DNA of 64,000 bases from an uncultured Candidatus Entotheonella sp. (GCA_965217185.1 OZ244252.1:2816001-2880000); one strand, 5' to 3'; positions 1-11,400 are shown, numbered from the stretch's first letter. Notes: generated from the letters alone by a model not told the origin. A program made the numbers and translations.

Positions 1-314
1 TTGTACAGAACGTGCTTGGCGCCGCACGACACGATGATCTGGTCCGCCTCGTAATCCAGGCCGTTTTCCCGCTGCAATTTGTCGGCAATCGCCTGCCGCA
101 GCGCCGGCAGCCCGCTCGCCTGCGTGTACTTGGTGAAGCCCTCGGCCATGGCGTGCTCGGCGGCCTGGATGACGTTGTCGGGTGTGTTGAAGTCCGGCTC
201 GCCGACGCTGAAGTCGATCACGTCGCGGCCCTGGGCGCGCAGGGCCTTGGCTTTGGCGCTGATGGCCAGGGTCTCGGAGGGTTTCAGGTGCCGGGTGAAC
301 TGTGCAAGCTGCAT
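1..314 (-). CDS. aspC: Class I PLP-dependent (aspartate) aminotransferase, N-terminal part; runs off the window edge
   Basis: Manual translation from ATG at 314: MQLAQFTRHLKPSETLAISAKAKALRAQGRDVIDFSVGEPDFNTP...GFTKYTQASGLPALRQAIA...IIVSCGAKHVLY. GEPDF, TKYT and GAK motifs are present. Not in the ORF track. Confidence 0.9.
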   Translation of the reverse strand, partial: MQLAQFTRHLKPSETLAISAKAKALRAQGRDVIDFSVGEPDFNTPDNVIQAAEHAMAEGFTKYTQASGLPALRQAIADKLQRENGLDYEADQIIVSCGAKHVLY

Positions 315-322
315 AGGCTCCT

Positions 323-811
323 CTACGCCTTACGTTGGTATTTCTCTTTCAGGGCCAGCGCCACCGGCGGCGGCACCAGCTCGTCCACGTTGCCGCCGAA
401 GGCCGCGACCTCTTTAATCAGGCGCGACGCCACGTAGGTGTATTCTTCGCGCGGGGTCAGGAAGACGGTTTCGATGTCTTCATCCAGACGCCGGTTCATC
501 AGGGTCATCTGAAATTCGTACTCGAAATCGGCAATGGCGCGCAGGCCGCGGATGATCACGTCGGCTTCTTTCTGCCTAGCGTAAAACACCAGCAAGGTAC
601 TGGAAAAGCTGTCGATCTCGATGTTCTTCAGGCCCTGAATCGACTCCTCGATCAAGCGGCGGCGCTCCGGCACGGTGAACATCGGCCCCTTCGCCGGGTT
701 GTCGAAGATGGCCACGATCAACCTGTCGAACATGCGCACGGATCGTTTGATGAGGTCCAGGTGGCCGTTCGTGAGCGGATCGAACGTCCCCGGGTAAACG
801 GCAGTCGTCAT
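323..811 (-). CDS. coaD: Phosphopantetheine adenylyltransferase
   Basis: [31 protein letters not shown] and SRLIKEVA motifs; GGGGGAG RBS upstream. Confidence 0.97.
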   Translation of the reverse strand: MTTAVYPGTFDPLTNGHLDLIKRSVRMFDRLIVAIFDNPAKGPMFTVPERRRLIEESIQGLKNIEIDSFSSTLLVFYARQKEADVIIRGLRAIADFEYEFQMTLMNRRLDEDIETVFLTPREEYTYVASRLIKEVAAFGGNVDELVPPPVALALKEKYQRKA

Positions 812-892
812 TACTCCCCCCTTCCGACAACCCCCATGGGCGCGCCGTTCCAAGCCACCGGCGCCCCGTCTCAAACCGGCCGGTATCGTAGA

Positions 893-1957
893 TTAGCCCT
901 CGGGGGCTGTCAACCGCTCGGCGGACTGCTCGGCATACCGCAACTGGCCGCAGGCGGCGGAGATGTCGCGCCCGCGGCTCTGGCGCACCGAGGCCGACAC
1001 GCCGTGCTCGACGAGCCAGGTCCAGAAGCGCTGCACGGTGTCGTCCGTCGGGCGACGATACGGCGCCTCGGGTATCTCGTTGAACGGCAGCAGATTGACC
1101 TTGCAGCGCAGGCCGTGCAGCAACTTGACCAAGCGTTTGGCGTCGGCCAGGCTGTCGTTGACGTCGCGCAGCAGCACGTACTCGAAGGTAATCCGCTGGC
1201 GCACTGCCAGGGGGAACTCACGGCACGCCTGCAGCAGCCTGTCGATGGGATAGGCCTTGTTGATGGGCATGATGCGGCTGCGCACGGCGTCGGTGGTGGC
1301 GTTGAGGGAGACGGCGAGATTCACCTTCAGGTCCTCGCGGCCAAACGCCTCCAGGCGGCGGACCAGACCGGACGTCGAGACGGTAATCCGGCGCGGCGAA
1401 ATGCCCAGCCCCCAGTCGGCCGTCAGAATGCGCACCGCCTGCACGGTGCCGCCAAAGTTGTCCAGCGGCTCCCCCATGCCCATGAACACGATGTTGGTAA
1501 AGTCCCGCGCCGGCTCCCGGCCCGGTTCCTGAAAGTGCAGCACCTGCCCGACGATCTCCGCCGGCCGCAGACTGCGCACCAGGCCACCCTGCGCGGTCAG
1601 GCAGAACCCACAGCCCAGGGCGCAGCCCACCTGTGTGGAGACGCAAATGGTGCGCTTGTCACCGCGCGGGATCAGCACCGTCTCGATCCGGTTGCCGTCA
1701 TCGACGCCGAACAGCAGCTTCTCGGTGCCGTCTTCGCTGCGCTGCCGCCGCAGGAGGCTCAAGGTGCTGACGTACGTCTGCTTTTGCAGGCGTTGCCGCA
1801 ACGGCTCGGGAAGGTTCGTCATCTCCCGCACGCTGGTGGCCTGGCGCTTGTACACCCACTGGCACACCTGCCGGGCGCGAAAATCCGGCTCTCCCTGAGC
1901 GGCAAGAAGGGCCGCCAGCTCATCGCGACGCAGATCGCGCAAGTCGGTCAGTGACAT
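893..1957 (-). CDS. rlmN: 23S rRNA m2A2503 / tRNA methyltransferase RlmN (radical SAM)
   Basis: CVSTQVGCALGCGFC, MGMGEPL and DISAACGQL motifs. Confidence 0.97.
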   Translation of the reverse strand: MSLTDLRDLRRDELAALLAAQGEPDFRARQVCQWVYKRQATSVREMTNLPEPLRQRLQKQTYVSTLSLLRRQRSEDGTEKLLFGVDDGNRIETVLIPRGDKRTICVSTQVGCALGCGFCLTAQGGLVRSLRPAEIVGQVLHFQEPGREPARDFTNIVFMGMGEPLDNFGGTVQAVRILTADWGLGISPRRITVSTSGLVRRLEAFGREDLKVNLAVSLNATTDAVRSRIMPINKAYPIDRLLQACREFPLAVRQRITFEYVLLRDVNDSLADAKRLVKLLHGLRCKVNLLPFNEIPEAPYRRPTDDTVQRFWTWLVEHGVSASVRQSRGRDISAACGQLRYAEQSAERLTAPEG

Positions 1958-2073
1958 GCCTTTTGGCTCCTTCTATAATGCCGCCTACGCAGCAATTGTG
2001 GTTTTTCGAGACGGCGTCGAGTGTAGCATTCGGCCGTCAGCAACACCCGCCGTTCCCCATCAGGAGCGCCGCG

Positions 2074-3573
2074 ATGCTCATCACCTACCTCCGCGACAAC
2101 AAGGCCCGCATCGTCGACGGACTGTATCAGAATATTCTGCGGACCGTCGGGGACGACCCCGCTTTCGATGCCGAGTTCCTGCGCGGCAGCGTGGCGGAGA
2201 CCGCCGCCGCCTTCCTCAGCGCCCTGGAAGCGAACGACTCCCAGCCGTTGGACGACTGCCTGGACCGGTTCTTGGCGGGCAGCACCGTGGCGGATTTCCC
2301 CCTGACCGTCCTGCACCGCAACTTCACCGTCTTCGCCGCCATGCTGCCGCCCCTGCTGCGCGAGTGCTACGGCGACGATACCGACAGCCTCCTCGACGCC
2401 CTGCACCGCATGCACCTGCTGATCGACGCCACGCTCAACAAGCTGGTCGGGGAGTATGAAAAACGCTCCAAGCTCCTCGTGCAGCAGCAGTACGAGCAGT
2501 TGGAGGCGCACAACCGGGGTCTGGAGACCCAGCTCATCCGCGTCGGCGAGGCGTACCAGACGCTGCAGGATTTCAATGAGAACATTCTGCAGAGCATGAC
2601 CAGCGGCTTGCTGGTGGCGGACAAGAACAGCCATCGCATCCTCAAGGTCAACCAGGCCATGGAACGCCTGAGCCGCCGCGCCGCCGACGACATGGTCGGG
2701 CGCACCGTGGAGGACGTCTTTGCCGGCACACAAGGTCTGCCGATCAGCGCCTTCGCCGACGAGGTGCAGCGGCAGGGCAGCATCACGCTTCGCAAGCACC
2801 GCCTGGTGGACCCCGAGGGCCGCGTCGGCCACGGCACCATCAAAGGCCAGGTGTTTTACGACAGCCAGGGCCGCGAGCAGGGCGTGCTGGTTCTTGTTGA
2901 CGACATTTCGGAGCGGGAAATTCTGCGCGACACCTTCAGCCGCTACCTGAGCCAGCCGGTCATGGAACAGGTGCTCAGCGACAAGGCGTCGCGCTCCCTG
3001 CGCACCTCGCGCCGCGAGGTGAGCGTGCTGTTCGCCGACATTCGCGGCTTCACCACCTTCGCCGAGCGCCACCGGCCCGAGGAGGTCGTGGCCGCCCTGA
3101 ACCAGTATTTCGACCGCATGGTGCGGGTGGTCTTCGCGCACCACGGCACGCTGGACAAGTACCTCGGCGACGGCCTCATGGCGCTGTTCGGCGCGCCCCT
3201 GGAACAACCCGACCATCCCTGGCACGCCGTGCAGGCGGCGCTGGACATGCAGGCAGCGGTTGCGGACCTCAACGCTGCCCGACGCGATGCCGACTTGGCG
3301 CCCCTCAATATCGGCATCGGCATCAACAGCGGCGAGGCCATCGTCGGCAATATCGGCACGGAAGAGCGCATGGAGTACACCGTCATCGGCGATATGGTCA
3401 ACGTCGCCCAGCGCCTGCAAACGGAAGCCGCTGCCGGCGACGTCGTCATCAGCGACCATGTCCTTGCCCATACACGGGGCCACTTCACGGTCCGTCAAAC
3501 CCTCGAAACCCAGCTCAAGGGCCGTCGCCAGTCCGTCCGCGCCCACCGCATCGGCCCGCCCAGCGCTTCCTGA
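2074..3573 (+). CDS. PAS-domain class III adenylate/guanylate cyclase with an N-terminal helical sensor domain
   Basis: VLFADIRGFT, DKYLGDGLMALFG, IGINSGEAIVGNIG and YTVIGDMVNVAQRLQ motifs; PAS-like ILQSMTSGLLVAD...VLVLVDDISERE; CAGGAG RBS. Confidence 0.92.
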   Translation: MLITYLRDNKARIVDGLYQNILRTVGDDPAFDAEFLRGSVAETAAAFLSALEANDSQPLDDCLDRFLAGSTVADFPLTVLHRNFTVFAAMLPPLLRECYGDDTDSLLDALHRMHLLIDATLNKLVGEYEKRSKLLVQQQYEQLEAHNRGLETQLIRVGEAYQTLQDFNENILQSMTSGLLVADKNSHRILKVNQAMERLSRRAADDMVGRTVEDVFAGTQGLPISAFADEVQRQGSITLRKHRLVDPEGRVGHGTIKGQVFYDSQGREQGVLVLVDDISEREILRDTFSRYLSQPVMEQVLSDKASRSLRTSRREVSVLFADIRGFTTFAERHRPEEVVAALNQYFDRMVRVVFAHHGTLDKYLGDGLMALFGAPLEQPDHPWHAVQAALDMQAAVADLNAARRDADLAPLNIGIGINSGEAIVGNIGTEERMEYTVIGDMVNVAQRLQTEAAAGDVVISDHVLAHTRGHFTVRQTLETQLKGRRQSVRAHRIGPPSAS

Positions 3574-3650
3574 TTCCTGGACGGCGGGGTTCAAATTGCC
3601 AATTGCAAGGCCAAGCGAAAAACTTTATATTGTCTCTCCCTATCCCGTAT

Positions 3651-3734
3651 GCCGAAGTGGCGGAATTGGTAGACGCGCATGATTCAGGGTCATGTGGGGG
3701 TCACCTCGTGGGAGTTCGAGTCTCCCCTTCGGCA
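3651..3734 (+). tRNA. tRNA-Leu(CAG)
   Basis: GCCGAAG/CTTCGGC acceptor stem, CATGA-TTCAGGG-TCATG anticodon arm, long variable arm, GTTCGAGTC T-loop. Confidence 0.95.
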
Positions 3735-3778
3735 TCTTGACAATACCACCGGCAGGCGATATGCTTCCTGCCATCCAG

Positions 3779-3852
3779 TGCGGGGTGGAGCAGTCAGGCA
3801 GCTCGTTGGGCTCATAACCCAAAGGTCGCTGGTTCAAATCCAGCCCCCGCTA
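3779..3852 (+). tRNA. Initiator tRNA-fMet(CAT)
   Basis: TGCGGGG...CCCCGCT with a 1:72 mismatch; TTGGG-CTCATAA-CCCAA anticodon arm with three G-C pairs; GGTTCAAATCC T-arm. Confidence 0.95.
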
Positions 3853-3854
3853 TC

Positions 3855-3896
3855 AAAAAACCGGCACTCCCCGAACAGGGGGTGCCGGTTTTTTTG
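3855..3896 (+). terminator. Intrinsic terminator after the tRNA pair, possibly bidirectional
   Basis: AAAAAACCGGCACTCCC-gaac-AGGGGGTGCCGGTTTTTTT hairpin flanked by A and T tracts. Confidence 0.85.
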
Positions 3897-3930
3897 TGCC
3901 GAGGCGTGATCATTTTCAGATCAGATGTAA

Positions 3931-4037
3931 ATGTAGGTCGGATTAGCGCAGCGTAATCCGACGATTCCGCTTTGGTTCTGGGGGGCGGTTACGCTGAGGA
4001 AGTCGGATTACGCCGCTTGGCGGCTAATCCGACCTAC
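3931..4037. repeat. REP doublet (REPIN), GTAG-type family A
   Basis: ATGTAGGTCGGATTAGCGCAGCGTAATCCGAC plus an inverted copy GTCGGATTACGCCGCTTGGCGGCTAATCCGACCTAC; spacer similar to those at 4492-4580 and 5127-5234. Confidence 0.9.
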
Positions 4038-4090
4038 TTGAAACCACGAGTCCACCCATCAATCCATCCGACCCGGGATTGCTCCAAAGC

Positions 4091-4130
4091 AAAAAAAGGC
4101 ATGCGGGAGAAATTCCCCCACACGCCTTTC
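4091..4130 (-). terminator. Intrinsic terminator of the NPC-repeat peptide gene
   Basis: Minus strand reads AAAGGCGTGTGGGGGAATTTCTCCCGCATGCCTTTTTTT. Confidence 0.7.
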
Positions 4131-4153
4131 CTGCTACGGCAACGGCTTGACGG

Positions 4154-4315
4154 CTACTGGCTGTCGTCACCGCCCTCATCGGGATTGCACGGGTTGCAGG
4201 GATTGCACGGGTTGCACGGATTCGCCTCGCCTTCCTCATGGCTGGCACCAAACGCCACAGAGGAACCGACAAGGAACATCGCCAAGGTCAAAAAGACAAC
4301 GATAGACTTGCGCAT
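4154..4315 (-). CDS. 53-aa secreted peptide with (NPC)4 repeat
   Basis: MRKSIVVFLTLAMFLVGSSVAFGASHEEGEANPCNPCNPCNPCNPDEGGDDSQ*; AGGAGG RBS, Sec-type signal peptide, downstream terminator; not in the ORF track. Confidence 0.8.
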   Translation of the reverse strand: MRKSIVVFLTLAMFLVGSSVAFGASHEEGEANPCNPCNPCNPCNPDEGGDDSQ

Positions 4316-4403
4316 GGGTTTGCCTCCTGCGTGTTTACTAGTTCGTCCTTTGGGAATGCACTACTTCTACCAGAGGTTCCCATGCGTTGTCAAGTCAAGT
4401 TAA

Positions 4404-4580
4404 ATGTAGGTCGGATTAGCGCAGCGTAATCCGACATTCCTCTGCGAAAACTACATGCGATTGCCTTGCAAACCAACCGGTGTATGCTAAATGTAGGCTG
4501 GATTAGCCACTTTGGGTTCTGTGGTGCCGTTGCGCTGAGGAAGTCGGATTACGCCGCTTCGCGCCTAATCCGACCTACAT
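4404..4580. repeat. REP family A cluster upstream of RAYT
   Basis: REP at 4404-4435, partial REP at 4492-4510, inverted REP at 4543-4580. Confidence 0.85.
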
Positions 4581-4609
4581 ATCTACATATCCCTGTACCG
4601 AGCCTTGCC

Positions 4610-5109
4610 ATGCAATACCGACGCGCCTTCGCTCCCGGCGCCACCTACTTCTTCACCGTCGTCACCGACCGCCGGCGCCCGCTGTTCGGCGACGCCGCGG
4701 CCTGCGATCTCCTCCGCCAGGCGTTGCGGCAGGTTGCCGAACAACGGCCCTTCACCGTCAACGCCATGGTCGTGCTCCCCGACCATCTACACTGCCTGTG
4801 GACCCTGCCGCCGGACGACGCCGATTATCCAACCCGGTGGCGGTTGATCAAAACGTGGGTGACGCAGCGGCACGGCGCCGATCGCCCCCTTTGGCAGCCG
4901 CGCTATTGGGAACACCTGATCCGCGACGATACCGACTACCGCCAGCACGTCGCGAGTACATCCATTACAACCCGGTGAAGCACGGTCATGTCTCACGCCC
5001 GTCGCAGTGGCCGCATTCCAGCTTTCGGCGTTACGTCAAGGCAGGGCTATACCCGGAGGACTGGGGCAGCAGCGAACCGGTGTGGAAGGGAACGGTCGGG
5101 CGGGAGTAG
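4610..5109 (+). pseudogene. REP-associated tyrosine transposase (RAYT, IS200-like Y1/HUH), frameshifted
   Basis: MQYRRAFAPGATYFFTVVT, VVLPDHLHCLW (HUH), LWQPRYWEHLIRD; then YIHYNPVKHG...WPHSSF in another frame. There are 2 extra nt in CGCG at 4951-4954. REPs flank both sides. Confidence 0.9.
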
Positions 5110-5126
5110 ACATGCAAAATGAATAA

Positions 5127-5234
5127 ATGTAGGTCGGATTAGCGCAGCGTAATCCGACAATTCCGCTTTGGGTTTTGAGGCGATTACGCTGAGGAAGTCG
5201 GATTACGCCGCGCTGCGGCTAATCCGACCTACAT
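5127..5234. repeat. REP doublet (REPIN) downstream of RAYT
   Basis: Inverted pair of GTAGGTCGGATTAG... units. Confidence 0.9.
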
Positions 5235-5407
5235 ACATCCACATCCCCAACTCAAAACTGCCTTACAAACCGCAACTCGACCCGGTTGCGGTCGCAATCC
5301 TGCGCCACGTCGACGCCTTGGCTCGACATCACAGGCTCCTACGTCCTCCCTGACCCTACCCCGAACAAGGCCATAAGTCTTCCACGGCATTACGAGGTCT
5401 GACGCGG

Positions 5408-8400
5408 CTACCAGCCCAGCGCGAACCGCAGTCCGATGGCGTGCTCGGCTTCTGCATCGCCGCCATTGTTTTCCCGCCGCAGACCCTCGATGCCGAGCTG
5501 CATGGCCGCACCGGACTGCCCCGCAGGACTGACCCGGTAGCCTACCCGATAGTCGCGCCCACTCCCCAGCATCCCGGCCCCGGCCCAAGGTGCGCCGGTG
5601 AACCGACCGCCCAGGATCGGGAATCCATAGGCGGCTTCCGCGGTGAACTGGCCGCCAGGCGGGACGCCGGACGACGCCAGTCCGGTCAGCGTATCGCGGC
5701 CAAGTAGCCCGTCCAGTGAGGTCAGGCCGGTGGATGATCTGATCGACGCCGACAGGCCACGGTCCGAGGACGGGCTCGGGTCGTAGCGCACCAATCCCGA
5801 CACACTCCAGTCGCGGAACCTGGTTACCTCGTGCATCAAGACTCGGCGTGTCTCGATCTCCACAGATATGCCTCGTGCCGGCGCCAACCAGACGAGCCCG
5901 ACGCCAACATCGAGGCCAGGGCCGGCCTCCGCGTCGCCGCCGTCATAGCGCCAGGCAACCTCGAACCTCGGCGTCAGTGTCCCGCCAGTCTTCAAAACTA
6001 CTGTGTAGGAACTCTCCAGCCCCAGCCGCAGACGAGTGGCGTCCGCCTTCGCCGCCAACAGACCGGCCGCTGCATCCGAGGCCGTGCGCGCCCAGAACCC
6101 GTCCGTCTGCAGCGCAACGTTCAACCCGCGCGCCGCCGTGAGGAGCGCGCTCCGCGCACCAACGGCGGCCATCGTGAGACCCATGTCGGTTTCCATCGAA
6201 AAGCCACCTTGCGGCGTCAGCGTTAGCGCGCCGCGGCCCAGACCTCCCAGGCCCCAGACCGAAAACCGCTCCGTAAACTTGTAGCCGGCATAGGGATAGA
6301 AACCCGTCAACGATGCCTCGACGTCGTCCTTGCCGTACCCCCTGCCGTAGCTACCCTCGCCCCGGCTATGTGAGAGCGCCAACCCAACGGTCCAGGGACC
6401 CTTGCCGTAGTCGGCGCCGAGAGTCCCCGTGGTCACCTCGCCATCGAGCGAGAACGTCCCCTCACGCCCATCGAAGCCGGAACGGACGCCGCGGCCCCAC
6501 ACGCAGGCCACCCCGCCGCCGGCCGTCTCGCCGCTCAACTCAAATCTGCTTCCGGTCAACGGGTCGCGCTCCGCCAGGAGCCGCACGTCGAATAGACGCT
6601 CTGCCTCCATATCGTCATCGGCCCAGCGTGACAGCATCCCCAGGTCAGAACGCGCCGCGCCGCCAAAGCCATGTCCGGCTATCGCGCCCTGCAGCCCTGC
6701 CTGGCACGGCGATCGTAGACGGTCTTCCACGCCTTCCACCACCTGCTGCGCCACCGTACGACCGAAGCGTGCCAACCAGCCGTCCATGGTGGCGTTCGTG
6801 CGACCGCTCCCCGGTGGCGACCAGTCGCTCGGCGCCTCGCCGTTCAGCGCCCGCACGCGCACCTGATAGTCGGTGCTGGTGTTAAGCCCCGTGATCGTGG
6901 CGGTGGTACCGGTGCCGGCGTGTTCCCAATCGTTCCAGTCACCGGTGGACCCCTGGCGATATTGGACATCGTAGCCGATGAGCGGCGGGCCGCCGTTGGT
7001 GTCCGGCGCTATCCAGGTCACCAACAAGTCGGTGCTTGAACCGTTGGTTGCTCTCACCGTCGGCGCGTCCGGCGTCGCCGGCTTCTCGTCCACGTCCATG
7101 ATCAGGACGGTCACGGCGATGATGGCGTCGGCATCGAGTGGATCCGTCGCCCGCACCGTCACGGCATAGGACGCCTTCACCTCGTGGTCGTAGGTCACCC
7201 CGGCCTTGGTTTTGAGTTGCCCGCTCCCAGCCTCGATGTCGAACGACGCCGCATCCACACCCGCAAGCGTGTAGGTCAGCGGATCGCCGTCTGCGTCCGT
7301 GGCCGTAATCGGCGCCCCGATATCCTGCCCCGGCGGCGTGTTCTCGGGAACGCTGCGGGCGTCGGCGGCACTCGCAAAGGTCGGCGCGGTGTTGTTCGTC
7401 TGTCCGTTTCCCGGCGGCGACCAATCGCTCGCCGCCTCGTCGTTCAGCGCCCGCACCCGCACCTGGTAGTCGGCGTGCGGCCTGAGGCTCATGATCGTGG
7501 TGGTGGTAGCAGTACCGTCGTGCTGCCAATCGTTCCAGTCGCCGCTGGTGCCCAGGCGATACTCAACGTCGTAGTCCATCAGCGACGGGCCGCCATTGGT
7601 GTCCGGCGCCGTCCAAGTCACCAACAGGCTGGTGCTCGACCCCTCCGGTGCCCTCACCGTCGGCCCCTCCGGCGTGGCCGGCTTCTCGGCCACGTCCGTG
7701 ACGTTGATCGTCACGGCGGCGGTGTCGCTGGCGTCGAGCGGGTCCGTCGCCCGAACCGTCACCGAATAGGACGACTTGGTCTCGTAGTCATAGCTCACAC
7801 CGGATTGAGTCTTGAGTTGTCCGGTCGAAGACTCAATGGCGAACGACGCCGCATCCAGCCCCGCGAGCGTGTAGGTCAGCGAGTCGCCGTCCGGATCCGT
7901 CGCCGATATCGGCGTGCCAATGTTCTGGCCTGCGGGCGTGTTCTCAACAACGCTGCGGGTGGCAGTAGAACTCGCATACGACGGCTTTTCGGGCTCATCC
8001 GTGACGTTGATCGTCACGGCGACGGTGTCGCTGGCGTCGAGCGGGTCCGTCGCCCGAACCGTCACCGAATAAGATGCCTTTGTTTCGTGGTCATAAGTCA
8101 CGCCGGTCTTGGTCTTGATCTGCCCGGTCCCAGGCTCGATGTCGAACGACGCCGTGTCGGCACCTTCAAGCGCGTAGGTCAGCGGGTCGCCGTCTGGGTC
8201 CACGGCCGCCACCGGCGTGCCGATGTTCTCGCCCGGCGGCGTGTTCTCGGGAAAGCTGCGGATGGCATCAGCGTTTGCGAACACCGGCGCGGTGTTGTTC
8301 GTTTGTCCGCTTCCCGGCGGCGACCAGTCGCTCGCCGCCTCGTCGTTCAGCGCCCGCACCCGCACCTGATAATCGGTGTGCGCCCTGAGCTCCGTGATCG

Positions 8401-11400
8401 TGGTGCTGGTAGCGGTGCCATCGTGCTGCCAGGCTTTCCAGTCGCCGACGGTGCCCTGTCGGTATTCCACCCCATAGCCCGTGAGCGGCGGTCCGCCGTT
8501 ACGGTCCGGCGCTTTCCAGCTCACCAACAGGCTGGTGCTCGAGCCTCCCGGCGCTCTCACAGTCGGCGCCGCCGGGGTCGCCGGCTGCTCGTCCACGTCG
8601 GTGACGACGAGGGTCACGGCGATGGTGCCGCTGGCGTCCTCGTCGTCTCCCACCTTCACGGTCACAGAATAGGAAGGCTTGGTCTCAAAGTCGTAGACCA
8701 CGCCGGGCTTGGTCTTCAACTGTCCGCTCTTGGAGTCGATGTCGAACGACCCTGCATCCGGGCCTGCAAGCGCGTAGGTCAGCGGGCCGCCGCCGGCGTC
8801 CGCCGCCGTCACCGGCGCCCCAATGTCCTGGCCCGGTGGCGTGTTCTCGGGAAATCTGCGGGTGTCGGCAGAATCCGCGAATCTCGGCGATCCGCCACCG
8901 CCACCGCCACCGCCGCCGCCCCCACCCTCACTCACCACGTCGATGAGGTTGATGGTCACGGCGATGATGTCGGTCCCGCCCACTTCGTCATCCGCCTTCA
9001 CCGTCACGAAATAGGTGCGCTTGGCCTCGTAGTCGTAGGTCACGCCGGCCTTGGTCCTGATCTGGCCGCTCGTGTCTACAATGGTGAATGAGTCCGCGTC
9101 CCGGCCCTCAAGCGTGTAAGTCAGCGTGTCGCCGTCATCGTCCGACGCCGTAACCGGCGCGCCGACGTTGCGGTTCGGCGGCGTGTTTTCGCGGAAGCTG
9201 CGGGTGGTCATGTCGATACCGAAATCCGGGGGGTTGTTCCCGGCAACGTTGGTCCGTCCGAAGCCTGAATCCGACCAGCCGCTGTCCCCATCGTCGTTCC
9301 GCGCCAGCACCTGTACCTCGTACCACGTGCCGGCGGTCAAGCCGGTGGTGATGGTGGTGCTCGTGCCGGTTCCGCTGTGCAACCGCGAGTTCCAACCGCT
9401 GGTGTCTTGCTGTCGGTATTGTACGTCGTAGTCGCTGACGGGCGGCCGGCCGCTGTTGTCAGCAGGCGGGCTCCAAAATACTGACAACTCGGTAGTTGAT
9501 TCGCTCGAAACCGAGGGCGCGGCGGGCGCCTCCGGGGGCTCGGGCACGTCCGTGACGTTGATCGTCACGGCGATGACGTCTGTCCCACCCTTGCCGTCAT
9601 CCGCCTTCAGCGTCACGTAATAGGCGGATTTGGCCTCATGGTCATAGGTCACGCCGGGTTTGGTTCTGATCTGCGCGCTGGTCCCTGTTACGAGGTCGAA
9701 CGACGCCGCGTCCTCCCCCTCAAGCACGTAGGTCAGCGGGTCGTTATTGGCGTCCGTCGCCGTAAACGCAGTGCCGACGTCTACGCCTGCCCCCGTGTTC
9801 TCGGGGATACTTCGCGTGGCCGTCCCGGCGCCAAAGCTCGGCGCCGCGTTGTCCTGAGCCAGGGTCCGACCGGGGCCCGGCGGCGACCACGGGCCGTCAC
9901 CATCCGCGTTTGTTGCCCGCACCTGCACTTGGTATGGGGTGTTCTCGTTCAATTCTGGATCTTCTGGATCTGGAATAGTGGCGCTTCTGCTCGTGGCAGC
10001 GAGGTCCTGGGGGCCATCGGTCCAGCTCCCGCTGGTGCCTTGCCGGTACTGCAAATCGTAGCTGGTGATGAGCGGGCGGCCCGTATTGTCCGGCGCCGTC
10101 CAGACCACCGACAGGCTGGTGGTCGAGTCACTCGATACCGAAGGCGTCGCAGGCGCCAGCGGCGGTTCGAGCACGTCCGTGATTTCAATAGTCACGGCAA
10201 TGGTATCGCTGGCGCCGCTCGGGTCGCTCGCCCGTACCGTCACGGTGTAGGAGGATTTGGCCTCGAAGTTGTAGGGGATACCGGGTTTGGTCCTGATCTG
10301 TCCGCTCGTCTCCACGATGTCGAAGGACGCCGCGTCGGCACCCTCCAGGGTGTAGATCAGGGCATCGTTATCCGCATCCGTCGCCAGGATCACAGCGCCG
10401 ACGTTGCGGCCCGGCGGCGTATTTTCGGCGACGCTGCGGGTAGCCGTCGCGTCGGCAAATTCCGGCGCCGCCAGGGTCCGCCCGGCGCCCGGCTGCGACC
10501 AGTCGCCGGACCCCTCCTCATTGGTTGCCTGCACCCGTACCTGGTACCGCGTATTCTCATCCAATCCCAGGATGACGGCGCTCGTGTCGGTGACGCCCTG
10601 CGGTCCATTGCTCCAGTCCGTGTCCTGCGGATTTGGCTCGCACTGCCCATCCATGCACGCCAGATATTGCAGATTGTAGCTGTCGATGGGCGGGCGACCC
10701 GTGTTGTTGGCGGGCGGGCGCCAACTTACCGACAGACTCTTGATCGAGTGGCCCGACACCGTGGGCCGGGAAGGCGCGTTCGGGGCTTCGAACTTGTCCT
10801 TGAGGCGGATGGTCACGGCAACGGTGGCGCTGATCTGGTGCACGTCCGTCGCCTTCACCGTCACGGTATAGGCGTCCTTGTCCTCGATGGCCTCGAGGGC
10901 TTCGAAGTCGTAGACCATGCCTGACCGGGTCTTGATCTGCCCCGTCCCGCGCTCGATGACGAACGCGCCGGCGTCCGCGCCCTCCAGCGTGTAGGTCAGA
11001 TCGCCGTCACCTGGCCGACGTCGGTAACCGGTAGGGGCACGTTGCCCATGCTCTCGTCGAATATGAAGCTACGCGGGGTGTCCGGGGGAAACACCGGCGG
11101 GCCGTTCCCGGTAACGTTGGTCCGCCCGGAACCCGGCGGCGACCAGGGGCTGTCTCCTTCGTCGTTCGTCGCCCGCAACTGAACCTGATACGGCGTGCCC
11201 CCATTCAAGCCCGGGATAGTGGTGCTCGTGCCGGACACATTCTGCGGACCATTCGTCCAGCTCCCGCTGGTGCCTCGTCGGTATTGCAGGTCGTAGCTGG
11301 TGATGGGCGGGCGGTCGTCCGGGTTGTCCGGCGCTGTCCAGCTCACCGAGAGACTGGTGTCCGAGGCGGTGGAGACCACGGGCGCGGCGGGCCTTTCCGG

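Noticed and set aside
335..3594. Long antisense ORFs (335-1954, 1948-3594; likewise 7184-9091, 32189-33934, 52163-54565)
   Set aside because: Shadow frames of GC-rich genes that have clear motifs on the opposite strand.
8893..8927. Poly-Gly tract as a phase-variation site
   Set aside because: Mixed GGC/GGT/GGG codons in frame; an ordinary linker.
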